This document shows positions 1 through 9,700 of a stretch of 55,583 bases of DNA, piece after piece (the stretch's first letter is position 1; each line of letters begins with the position of its first letter). The translations under genes and the position numbers were made by a program. Location: contig JAZOPX010000029.1 of assembly GCA_045655845.1 (NCBI GenBank), forward strand, positions 1 through 55,583, read 5' to 3'. The stretch is from Bacteroidaceae bacterium. Its GTDB lineage: Bacteria; Bacteroidota; Bacteroidia; Bacteroidales; Bacteroidaceae. Below the pieces are notes generated by a model that worked only from the letters and a program-made list of their open reading frames with translations, made no database searches and was not told the origin of the DNA.

Positions 1-129
1 AAAGCCGACACACGCGAGTTTACGATGCGTGAATCTGTGAAATCAGTTTAAATTCTGTTGACAAGAAAAAAAAGGAATCCGCGTAGAACAAAGAATCTGT
101 GATTATCAGTGCCCATCCGTGGGAGAGAA

Positions 130-178
130 ACTCCTAACTCCCAACTCCCAACTCCTAACTAAAAAAAACTCCTAACTA
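130..178 (+). repeat. Tandem heptanucleotide repeat AACTCCY: about 4.4 contiguous units at 130-160, an A8 run, then one more unit
   Basis: The sequence reads aactcct aactccc aactccc aactcct aact aaaaaaa actcctaacta. It ends 10 nt before the ATG at 188. Confidence 0.8.
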
Positions 179-187
179 ACAACCCCT

Positions 188-283
188 ATGAACCAATTCA
201 ACTGGACAACCCTGCTCAAAGTGTTAATCGCAGTACTCACCGCCGTAGCAGGCTCGCTGGGCATCGTGAGTTGCATGTCGTAA
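188..283 (+). CDS. 31-aa single-helix micro-protein, smalltalk-like (Bacteroidales small-protein family, function unknown)
   Basis: ATG at 188 and TAA at 281-283. Translation is MNQFNWTTLLKVLIAVLTAVAGSLGIVSCMS. The pattern W-xx-LLK-x-LIAVLTA-x-AG-x-LG matches my recollection of the 'smalltalk' family. It is absent from the ORF track only because it is shorter than 60 aa. Confidence 0.5.
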   Translation: MNQFNWTTLLKVLIAVLTAVAGSLGIVSCMS

Positions 284-333
284 TCCTACCGCTATGGTAA
301 ATTACGATGTCATTCAGAGAGTGGTGCGAGGCA

Positions 334-407
334 TAGGCCTTGTAGTCCTCTCCCTGACGCTGATGTAGCGCCTGTGGAGAGGACTCCTTTGTGAGCCTAA
401 AGGCCTA
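334..407. terminator. Nested inverted repeat between convergent genes, a possible bidirectional terminator
   Basis: The outer arms are TAGGCCTT (334-341) and AAGGCCTA (400-407). The inner perfect 10-bp arms are AGTCCTCTCC (344-353) and GGAGAGGACT (376-385). It lies between the micro-ORF (+) and capA-like (-). Confidence 0.4.
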
Positions 408-435
408 CTTCTCATTGCGTCGGATGATGGGGGGA

Positions 436-1497
436 TCACTCATCGGGGCGGTGCAGGAGACTGCGCTCTGCGGTGATGGCCCGTAGCATCTGTTGTCGTG
501 CAGCGGGGGTGAGGTCGGCAGGGACGGTGTCTTCGGGGATGATGCGGAAGTCGTTGCGGAGGCTCAGGGCGCTGCGCTCGGTCCACACGAGATGGGGGGT
601 GAGGTTTCTCAAGCGTGTCGTGGGGCCTATCTTCTCGATGACCAGTTCGACCATGAGCCCCACATCGCCGTGAGCGATGCTCATGTTGGATACATAGTTG
701 CCCAAGGAGTACACCACGGCATGACGGGTGGGGTACTCGGTATGGGGTATCTGCCCGATGGGCTGGATCACATGGGGGTGGCTGCCGATGACGTGGTCGA
801 CGCCCTGGCCGATGAGCCATCGGGCAAGGTCGCGCTGCTCGTGGGTGGGCTGTTGCTGGTACTCGTTGCCCCAGTGTAGGATGGCGATGATGGCATCGGC
901 CCGCATCGTGCGCGCGGCATGTATGTCGGCAGCCAGTTCCTCGCGGTCGAGGCTGTTGACGATGTTGGGCGGGGTGACGGCGATGCCGTTGGTGCCGTAG
1001 GTGGCGCAGAGCAGGGCGATGCGTAGGCCGTTCTTCTCCACGAGGAGGGGGTAGCGGCGGGTGCGGTCCCCGGCATCGCGGTAGGTGCCCACGGCAGCGA
1101 GTCCTGCTGAGTCGATGAGGGCGAGGGTGCGCTCCAGCCCACGGCGCCGGCGGTCGAGACTATGGTTGTTGGCCGTGGCGAGGATGTCGAACCCGGCATC
1201 TCGCAGGGCATACAGGTATTCGTCGGGGGCACTGAACTGGGGATATCCGCGATAGGGCTCTCCACCCAAGGTGACCTCGAGGTTGCCGATGGCAAGGTCG
1301 GCCCGGCTGATGCGCTCCTTGACCAGCGAGAAGCAATGGCTGTAGTCGTAACTGCCGTCGGTGCGCAGGGCTGCGTCGATCTGTGCTTGGTGCTGCATGA
1401 GGTCGCCCACGAAGAGTAGTGATACTTCCTTCTGCTGTCCATAGACGTTAAGAGGTAGAAGCAGTACCAGCATCCGTATGATTTGTATGGCTCTCAT
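436..1497 (-). CDS. CapA-family (poly-gamma-glutamate capsule synthesis-like) metallophosphatase, secreted
   Basis: Motifs FVGDLM, ATANNHSLD and HWGNEY are typical of the PGA_cap/CapA family. I chose the start at MRAIQIIRMLVLLLPLNVYGQ (1497) because it gives a signal peptide. The ORF itself extends to 1548. Confidence 0.85.
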   Translation of the reverse strand: MRAIQIIRMLVLLLPLNVYGQQKEVSLLFVGDLMQHQAQIDAALRTDGSYDYSHCFSLVKERISRADLAIGNLEVTLGGEPYRGYPQFSAPDEYLYALRDAGFDILATANNHSLDRRRRGLERTLALIDSAGLAAVGTYRDAGDRTRRYPLLVEKNGLRIALLCATYGTNGIAVTPPNIVNSLDREELAADIHAARTMRADAIIAILHWGNEYQQQPTHEQRDLARWLIGQGVDHVIGSHPHVIQPIGQIPHTEYPTRHAVVYSLGNYVSNMSIAHGDVGLMVELVIEKIGPTTRLRNLTPHLVWTERSALSLRNDFRIIPEDTVPADLTPAARQQMLRAITAERSLLHRPDE

Positions 1498-1626
1498 CAA
1501 GAAAACGCTTTGATTGTGTTGTCTGTCGCGCAAAGTTAAGCATTGCATTCGGTTCTCACAATAGCGACAACCTTTTTGCCGTGTGGTTTGTTCTTTCTGT
1601 CAGATAAACCTTAAACTTATGAGATT

Positions 1627-2214
1627 ATGATTAGAATCCTTTATTTACTGTTTTTTATCTCTTTGTCATTCGGGGGTATAGTCTGCGCCCAGTCTAAAAG
1701 GACAGGACGTGAGGAGGCTTGGCGTATGGAGCGTCTGCGTAAGCGTGCTGAGGCGCGTGTGATGGAGCAGCACCAAGACTCTATCGCCTATCAGGCTGCA
1801 CTCCTGGCACTGAGAGAGGGTAGTTGGGTGCTCGAAGCTAATAATGTGAACTTTGCCAATGGTATCACCCGTTTCGTATCATCAAGTACGAACTACATTG
1901 GTTGTGATGATGGGGATGGAACGATACAGACTGCTTTCACCAATTTTACCTATAGTCCGAATGGATTGGGCGGGGTGACCCTGCAAGGCGATATCTTTAA
2001 TGTGCATATGTCTATGGACAAGGATGGCAATGCCTATTATAACTTCAGCATCCAGGGGAGTACGATTTCGGCCACGGTGAATCTTACCCTCACGGCTGGC
2101 ACTAATCAGGCAAGTGCTATGGTGTTCTCTAACTTCGGCGGACAGACCATCACCTTCGATGGATATCTGGTCCCTTACGGGCAGTCTACGGTGTTTGAGG
2201 GAATGCCTCAGTAG
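1627..2214 (+). CDS. DUF4251-family secreted protein
   Basis: It has a signal peptide (LSFGGIVCAQS), a K/R/E-rich helix, then SWVLEANNVNF...SSTNYIGCDDGDGTIQTAF...PNGLGGVTLQG...ISATVNLTLTAGTNQASAMV. From memory this matches the Bacteroidota DUF4251 architecture. Confidence 0.75.
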   Translation: MIRILYLLFFISLSFGGIVCAQSKRTGREEAWRMERLRKRAEARVMEQHQDSIAYQAALLALREGSWVLEANNVNFANGITRFVSSSTNYIGCDDGDGTIQTAFTNFTYSPNGLGGVTLQGDIFNVHMSMDKDGNAYYNFSIQGSTISATVNLTLTAGTNQASAMVFSNFGGQTITFDGYLVPYGQSTVFEGMPQ

Positions 2215-2292
2215 GGCAGGAGGTCCAGTGCTTTGCTTCCGCTATGGACTTCGTGTAGGAGTCGGGGCAGGCGTATATGTATAATAGAAGAA

Positions 2293-2316
2293 GAGGCTCA
2301 ACATATGTTGAGCCTC
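2293..2316. terminator. Perfect 24-bp palindrome, a bidirectional terminator hairpin
   Basis: The sequence is gaggctcaacat|atgttgagcctc. It lies 6 nt beyond the tRNA 3' end on the minus strand, where it is followed by TTCTTCT, and about 80 nt after the DUF4251 stop on the plus strand. Confidence 0.6.
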
Positions 2317-2322
2317 CTTTAG

Positions 2323-2394
<72 letters not shown>

Positions 2395-2408
2395 ATGTTT
2401 TGATGATG

Positions 2409-2416
2409 CAAAGGTA
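2409..2416 (-). promoter_or_regulatory. Bacteroidota -7 box (TAnnTTTG) for the tRNA
   Basis: Plus-strand caaaggta is TACCTTTG on the minus strand, 15 nt upstream of the mature tRNA 5' end. Confidence 0.45.
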
Positions 2417-2574
2417 GTGCTTTTTCTTTACACCGCAAACTTTTTCGCGGTTTTTTTATGTTTTTGAGCATTTTTTTTCTCTGAACGATTAATTTCTGTA
2501 TTTTTGTAGCAGTTTTCGATGGATTGTGCCATCTGTAAAGAGCAAACTATATATATCAACAAGAATAGACAACG

Positions 2575-3255
2575 ATGACGGTACTTTACGAAGATAATCA
2601 TATTATCATAGTCAATAAGGCATCCTCTGAAATCGTGCAGGGTGACAAGACGGGTGATACACCACTCTCAGAGATGGTGAAGGCATACATCAAGGAAAAA
2701 TACAATAAGCCCGGTGCCGTATTCCTTGGTGTGGTGCATCGTCTGGACCGTCCCGTGAGTGGGGTGGTGGTGTTTGCTCGCACGAGCAAGGCGCTCGAGC
2801 GTCTCAATGCCATGTTTCGCGAGGGGGGCCGCATCAAGAAGACCTATTGGGCTCTTGTGAAGAATCGTCCGGCCGAGCCCGAGGCTGAACTCGTGCACTA
2901 CCTTGTGCGTAACGAGCAGCAAAACAAATCGTATGCCTATGGCTCGGAGCGTAGTGGGGCCAAGCGTTCGGTGCTCAACTATCGTTTGTTGGGCAGCATG
3001 GATAACTATCACTTGCTCGAGGTGGCCCTGCAGACCGGGCGCCATCACCAGATACGATGCCAGCTTGCTAAGATGGGGTCACCCATCAAGGGCGATCTCA
3101 AGTATGGTGCCGAACGTTCCAATCCGGATGGTAGTATCTCGCTGCATGCCCGCCGCATACAGTTTGAGCATCCTGTGTCAAAGGTGATGATCGATGTCGT
3201 TGCTCCAGTGCCTGATGACCGTCTTTGGCTCAGTGCCGAGCGTATGATGAGCTGA
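2575..3255 (+). CDS. RluA-family RNA pseudouridine synthase (no S4 domain)
   Basis: It carries the catalytic motif VHRLDRPVSGVVVFARTSKA and the HQIRCQLA motif. A TATTTTTG -7 box lies at 2499-2506. Confidence 0.9.
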   Translation: MTVLYEDNHIIIVNKASSEIVQGDKTGDTPLSEMVKAYIKEKYNKPGAVFLGVVHRLDRPVSGVVVFARTSKALERLNAMFREGGRIKKTYWALVKNRPAEPEAELVHYLVRNEQQNKSYAYGSERSGAKRSVLNYRLLGSMDNYHLLEVALQTGRHHQIRCQLAKMGSPIKGDLKYGAERSNPDGSISLHARRIQFEHPVSKVMIDVVAPVPDDRLWLSAERMMS

Positions 3256-3265
3256 TAAGAACACT

Positions 3266-6200
3266 ATGCCTATGCAGCCGTTGTCTCGCTATATTGTACT
3301 TTACCTGTGGATGGCCTTGCTTATAGGCTGTTCGTCTCATGGTGGACATAGCGCGGGGATGCATCCTGCCGATGTGCTCAATCGCAAGGCACGCACCTGG
3401 CAATATCGCGACCTGGACTCCGCTTCGCACTATGCCCACATGGCATACGATGAGGCCGGGCATTATCTCCACGGGCGTTCTGTAGCTTGCAATATGTTGG
3501 GCTTTGTCTCGGCCATGCAGCTGAAGTTCGATGAGGCCCTCTACTGGTATGATCAGGTAGAGCACCAGTCGGGTTGCGAACTGGAGCGATTCATTGCCGA
3601 TGTGGGACGAATGAACATCTATCAACGTACGGCCGATAACTTGGCATTCTATGATTGTCGAGCACGGGCCACGAAGCGTCTGGCTCATATAGGCGAAGAG
3701 TCTGCCACGTTCTCCCCTGCAGAGCAACATCGCCTGCAATCAGCAATGAATGATTTCCACATGGTGAGTGCACTACACCATTACATGATAGGCCAGCGTC
3801 CGGAGGCATATGCTGAGATGAGGCAGGTGGTGGACAATGACGTGTTGCGTGCCGACTCGGCTCAATGGCTTATGTATGTCTACCTCAAAGGTATAGGACT
3901 TGATGTCGAGGGAGATACACGGGAGCAGCGTCAACTACGCCGCTATGCTTATCTGAACACCTGTCTGCGTACAAGCCAAACCAGAGGATACCGTTATTTC
4001 GAAGGTTTGGCCTCGTCCGGACTATCCGAACTGTTGTCTGACTCGTTGCGTATGGCCCGCATTGCCCAGCAGCGTCCCGGTACGCTTGCCCAATTGGTGA
4101 GCGGAGCAGACACCTCGGCTGGCCTGAGCATGTCGCTTGCGCAGAGCGCACTGCAGAGTCTCACCGCTTATGGTGATCGGTATGGAATGTTGAATGCTGC
4201 CATACGGATAGCCTCCCTGTATAATCGGGTCGGAGAATACGAAACGGCATTGGCCCTGTTGGATTCGCTCGATACGATGATTATTCCCGATGCCCAGGCG
4301 CGTCAGCATGAAGAGATGAGTGTCGCTTATGCCGGATTGGGTGACAAATTGATGTCGGATGATCATCGTAACCAATACCTCGACCTTCTGGAGACCACTC
4401 GTCAGGACAAGGAGGTGGAGAGCCGTTATATCTCACTGCAACGTCGTAGTCGCACGATGAAGCTACTCCTCTATGTGGTAGTAGTAGGCATTGTGGTGCT
4501 GGCTATCCTGTTGACTCTGTTGGCAAGGCGCCGTCATCGTCGCGGCAATGGTTATGTACAACGCTTGCGTGGCCTTTTGAATGAGACGGAGAAGCGTGTC
4601 TATTTACGTCAGAGGGCCATCGAGAAGGGTAAGCGAGACAATATGGTGCGCAAGGCGTCCTTCTCGATGGTTACGGGCATGATGCCCTATATAGACCGTA
4701 TGGCTCATGAGGTAGATCTGTTGCAGTCCCCTGCGGTGTGGGAAGACAAGGAGCTGCGTGCACGCAAATTGACTTATATCACTGAATTGGCCGACGAACT
4801 CAATGCTCAGAACGAATTGCTCGCCCGTTGGATCAGGACGACGCAGGGTATGGTGAGGCTCACAATAGAGTCGTTCCCTCTGTCTGAGGTCCTCTATATG
4901 CTGGAATGTAGCTCGTCGTCGTTTGCAATGAGGGGTATAACGCTTGAAGTGCAATCCTGCGATGCCGTTGTCAAGGCCGATAAGGCACTTACCTTCTTCA
5001 TGCTCAATACGTTGGCCGATAATGCCCGTAAGTTTACTCCCGAGGGAGGTCGAGTGAGTATATCAGCAGAGGTGCATGATGGGTATGTAGAGCTGTCTGT
5101 CTCTGACACTGGTGTGGGAATGAGCTCTGAAGATATCGCCCACATACTTCAGGAGAAGGTCTATGACGCTTCCGCCATTGGGCAGGGCATGTCGGTCGAT
5201 TGGCGTAATAAGAAGGGTAGTGGCTTCGGATTGCTCAACTGCAAGGGCATTATAGATAAGTATCGCAAGACAGATCCTCTGTTCGAAGTCTGTAGCCTGG
5301 GTATCAGTAGTAAGGTGGGCGAGGGTAGTCGTTTTTGGTTCCGCCTTCCCAAAGGAGTACGTCGTATGCTCTTGTTGGTCATTGGATTATTTCCTTTGGC
5401 CATCGGCTCGCCACTTATAGCTCAAGGCTCACCATCCACCGTTGCTGATATAGAACTCAATACGCTGCATCCAGCGTTGATTCGCGCCTCCATATATGCA
5501 GATAGTGTGTACTATGCCAACGTCGATGGCCGATATCATGAGGCGCTCATCTATGCTGATTCGGCTCTTCAGTACCTCAATGTCCATCATCGTCAGTGCG
5601 CGACGGAATATATTGATACCTTGTCGGTTACACGTGGTGAGTCCGATGTGGAGATACGCTGGTGGCTTAGCGACTATGCTACCGACTATCACATTATCCT
5701 CGACGTACGTAACGAGCTTGCAGTGGCCAATCTCGCCCTTCATCGCTTGCCGGAATATCGATACAACAATCGCATCTACAATGACCTCTACAAGCTTGTC
5801 ACCGAGGACCGTTCGCTCATCGATTATTGCAACCGCATGCAGCGCTATTATAGCAATATGTCCGTGGCTGTACTTATCTGCTTGTTACTCGTAGTAGGGT
5901 ATCTCGTCATCATCGTATATGCCTTTATGAATCGCGTGGCGAGTACCTACCGTAATATCGAGTCTGTGGAGGAGGATGAACGCCGTGCCCGCCATGAAGA
6001 AAATAGGCTACACGTGCAGAATATGGTGCTCGATAATAGCTTGTCGACCCTCAAGCACGAAACCATCTATTATCCCAATCGCATTAAGCAACTTGTAGGA
6101 AGCCTTGATAGCATCGATGAACGTCGTCAAATGCAAGAACTCATAACCTACTATCGGCTCGTCTTCTCTACTCTTGCAGGGTGTGCTTCCCGTCAGTTGG

Positions 6201-6682
6201 AGGAGGTTACCTTCCGTCGCTCATCCGTGGAGGTCGATGCATTGTTCCATCGGGCGGCAGAGTATCATGCCAAGCTCTATGGAGGGACCAAGGGGACTAA
6301 CCTCACCTTGTCATCTTGTGACGGTGTCCTCCTATGCGACGAAATGTTGGTGGACTTCCTTATCGAACAGCTCATCGATGGTGCTCTCTCTCTCTCTGCT
6401 ACCGACACGTTGCATCTCATGGCCGAACAGGATGGCGATTTTATCCGTATCAGTTTGCTCAATAAATCAAGGTCCCTTGATGCTGAAACCTTGCATACGC
6501 TCTTCTCTCCGTCGCAATCACGCATCACCTGCGTCGATGATTGCCTGCAAGGCACTGAATACATCGTTTGTCGACAGATCATTCGCGAACACGATAGTCA
6601 CTTCAATCATATTGGTTGTCGCATCAAGGCTGAACCTATCGACGAAGGCTATGTAGTATGGTTCACATTGCCTCGTCAATGA
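3266..6682 (+). CDS. Double-module membrane sensor histidine-kinase-like protein (DUF5112/DUF5113-like): an intact GHKL ATPase in module 1 and a degenerate one in module 2
   Basis: It starts with a lipoprotein-type signal (LLIGC) and has three hydrophobic segments. Module 1 has an N box LNTLADNARKF, G1 SDTGVGM and G2 GSGFGLLNCKG. Module 2 has the H-box-like LSTLKHETIYYP and a C-terminal region with GHKL spacing but substituted motifs. Confidence 0.8.
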   Translation: MPMQPLSRYIVLYLWMALLIGCSSHGGHSAGMHPADVLNRKARTWQYRDLDSASHYAHMAYDEAGHYLHGRSVACNMLGFVSAMQLKFDEALYWYDQVEHQSGCELERFIADVGRMNIYQRTADNLAFYDCRARATKRLAHIGEESATFSPAEQHRLQSAMNDFHMVSALHHYMIGQRPEAYAEMRQVVDNDVLRADSAQWLMYVYLKGIGLDVEGDTREQRQLRRYAYLNTCLRTSQTRGYRYFEGLASSGLSELLSDSLRMARIAQQRPGTLAQLVSGADTSAGLSMSLAQSALQSLTAYGDRYGMLNAAIRIASLYNRVGEYETALALLDSLDTMIIPDAQARQHEEMSVAYAGLGDKLMSDDHRNQYLDLLETTRQDKEVESRYISLQRRSRTMKLLLYVVVVGIVVLAILLTLLARRRHRRGNGYVQRLRGLLNETEKRVYLRQRAIEKGKRDNMVRKASFSMVTGMMPYIDRMAHEVDLLQSPAVWEDKELRARKLTYITELADELNAQNELLARWIRTTQGMVRLTIESFPLSEVLYMLECSSSSFAMRGITLEVQSCDAVVKADKALTFFMLNTLADNARKFTPEGGRVSISAEVHDGYVELSVSDTGVGMSSEDIAHILQEKVYDASAIGQGMSVDWRNKKGSGFGLLNCKGIIDKYRKTDPLFEVCSLGISSKVGEGSRFWFRLPKGVRRMLLLVIGLFPLAIGSPLIAQGSPSTVADIELNTLHPALIRASIYADSVYYANVDGRYHEALIYADSALQYLNVHHRQCATEYIDTLSVTRGESDVEIRWWLSDYATDYHIILDVRNELAVANLALHRLPEYRYNNRIYNDLYKLVTEDRSLIDYCNRMQRYYSNMSVAVLICLLLVVGYLVIIVYAFMNRVASTYRNIESVEEDERRARHEENRLHVQNMVLDNSLSTLKHETIYYPNRIKQLVGSLDSIDERRQMQELITYYRLVFSTLAGCASRQLEEVTFRRSSVEVDALFHRAAEYHAKLYGGTKGTNLTLSSCDGVLLCDEMLVDFLIEQLIDGALSLSATDTLHLMAEQDGDFIRISLLNKSRSLDAETLHTLFSPSQSRITCVDDCLQGTEYIVCRQIIREHDSHFNHIGCRIKAEPIDEGYVVWFTLPRQ

Positions 6683-6765
6683 GATACAGGTCGGGATTTT
6701 TTTTAGTCCTCACGCAATAATACAATCCAATGTACGTTTAGTATTAACACGCACGTGAAGGATTT

Positions 6766-9700
6766 TTGGTGAAGCACGATATATACACATACTTTCATAG
6801 GATTGGCCTGGCTATTGTCGTAGCCATGCAATCGCTTGTTGCTATGGCACAGGCAGAAGCCACCGACACCATACGTCAGGAAAGCCAAGCCTCGCGTTTT
6901 ACCATATCCAAGACGGCTCCCGAAACGGAAAAGGACCTCGAACGCAAGGTGGCTGATCTACGCAATCCCGATAACCTCACTACAGAGACTACCTATGATG
7001 AGAAGAATCACATGTACATCGTGGGTAACAAGATTGGCGATTCGTACCTCTCGGTACCCCTGCTGATGACGCCCGAGGAGTATGCCGCATGGAGCATGAA
7101 GCGCTCGCTCGATGCCTTCTTCCGTAACAAGAATCAAGAGGCTTACGAGAAGGAGGGCAAGAAGGAGGCGTTCGACTTCACGGACATGAAGTTCGACCTC
7201 GGTCCCGCAGAGAAGATCTTCGGCCCCGGTGGCGTGCAGATCAAGACGCAAGGATCGGCTGAGCTGAAATTTGGCTTCAACCAGAAGAGCATCGACAACC
7301 CCTCGTTGCCCGCTCGCAGCCGTAACACCTTTGGATTTGACTTCGACGAGAAGATTAACTTGAGCATCAATGGTAAGGTGGGTGACAAGGTGAACCTCAA
7401 CATGAACTATAATACGGAGGCGACCTTCGACTTCGACTCCAAGAAGATGAAGCTCAAGTATGACGGTAAGGAGGACGAGATCATCAAACTCCTCGAGGCG
7501 GGTAACGTGAGTTTCCCCACCAACTCGTCGCTCATCTCGGGTGCCACCTCGCTCTTCGGTATCCGTGCCGACATGCAGTTCGGCAAGCTGTCGCTACAGA
7601 CCGTGGTGTCGCAGAAGACCTCCGAGTCGACCTCCGTGAGCACCAAGGGAGGTAGCCAACTGACCGAGTTTGAGATTGACGTGGCCGACTATGACGAGAA
7701 CCGACACTTCTTCCTCGCTCATTACTTCCGCGAAACGTACGACCGCAACATGGCGCAGCTGCCCACCATCATGTCGGGTGTAGTCATCACCCGTGTAGAG
7801 TTGTGGGTGACCAACAAGACCAGCAATTATGATAGCCCGCGCAATGTGGTGGCCTTCACCGACCTCGGTGAACCGTCACGCATCAGCAACCCGATGTGGA
7901 CTGTTACGGGGGAGCGTATGCCTAGTAACACGGCAAACATCCTCTATTACCAGATGGCCAACACCTACAACGCCATCCGAGACATCGATCAGGTGGGTGC
8001 CGTCTTGGGTGAGATGCTTACGGGTAGCACAGACTATGAGAAGGTGGCTAATGCACGATTGCTCACGCAGAGCGAATATACGTTGAACAAATCATTGGGT
8101 TACGTGTCGCTGAAGTCTACCTTGAAGTCTGATGAGGTGCTTGCCGTGGCCTTCGAGTACACCTATGCCGGCAAGACCTACCAGGTGGGTGAGTTCTCGA
8201 CCGACAAGAAGGAGGGTAACGATGCACTGTATGTGAAATTGCTGAAGTCGAACAGCAGTTCACCCGCCAATGCCACCTGGGACCTCATGATGAAGAATGT
8301 CTACTACCTCGGAGCCAACAGCATCACTTCGAAAGACTTCAAACTCAACATCGAGTATGAGAGCGATAGCACAGGAACCAATCTGACCTATCTTCCCGAG
8401 GGAAATATGAAGAGCAAAACACTGCTCCAACTGATGAATCTCGACCGACTCGATGCCAAGCAGAATGCCAACCCCAACGGCTTCTACGACTATGTGGAGG
8501 GCTACACCGTGCAGTCATCGACTGGACGCGTCATCTTTCCCGTGGTAGAACCCTTCGGCGAGCATCTTCGTGGGGTAATAGGTAGTGATGTGGTAGCCGA
8601 CAAGTATGTGTTCGAGGAACTCTACGACTCCACCAAGACTACGGCCAAGCAGATTGCCGAGAAAAATAAATTCCTACTCACGGGTGAATATGCAGGGTCG
8701 GCTAACAATGTAATCCAACTGGGGGCATACAACGTGCCGCGTGGTTCGGTGAAGGTGACTGCAGGTGGCGTGACGCTTACCGAGAACAGTGACTATACCG
8801 TGGATTATACCATGGGTACGGTGACCATCATCAACCAGAGTATCCTCGATGCGGGTACACCGGTGAACGTGTCGATGGAGAGCAATACCGTCTTCAATAT
8901 GCAACGCAAGACGATGCTCGGCATGAACTGGGCATACGACTTCTCGAAGGACTTCCAGATGGGTGGTACACTCATGTATCTCAACGAGAAACCGCTTACG
9001 AGCAAGGTGTCGATGGGTGATGAACCACTTAAGAACACGTTGTGGGGACTCAATATGGCATGGAAGCACGAGAGCCAGTGGATTACCAACACGCTTGACC
9101 TATTGCCGGGCCTCAATGTCACTCAACCCTCTCGCATCAACTTTACCGCCGAGTTTGCCCAACTCATCGCTGGCGTGTCTAACCAGGTGCAGGGGAGTGC
9201 TTCGTATATCGATGACTTCGAGAGCAGTGAGAGTGGTATCGACATCAAGTCACCCAGCGCATGGATGCTTGCGGGCATACCCGCATCGCAGCCCTACGCA
9301 AACCTTACCGACGACATACGCACGGGTATGAACCGTGCACTCTTCAATTGGTATAGCATCGATCCGCTCTTCACCCGGCGCAACTCATCGCTGACACCGG
9401 CACATATCAAGAGTGACCTTGACCAACTCTCGAACCATTATGTACGTGAGGTATACGAACGCGAATTGTTCCCCAATAAGGAGAGTACCTATGGAGAGTC
9501 GTCAACCCTCTCGGTGCTCAACCTTGCCTATTATCCCGACGAGCGTGGCCCATATAACCTCGACACCAACCTTACTCCTGAAGGAAAGCTCCTCAATCCA
9601 GAGCAACGATGGGGTGGTATCATGCGCCAACTTACGACGACCGATTTTGAAAGTAGCAACATCGAGTATATCGAGTTTTGGATGCTTGACCCTTTCATCT

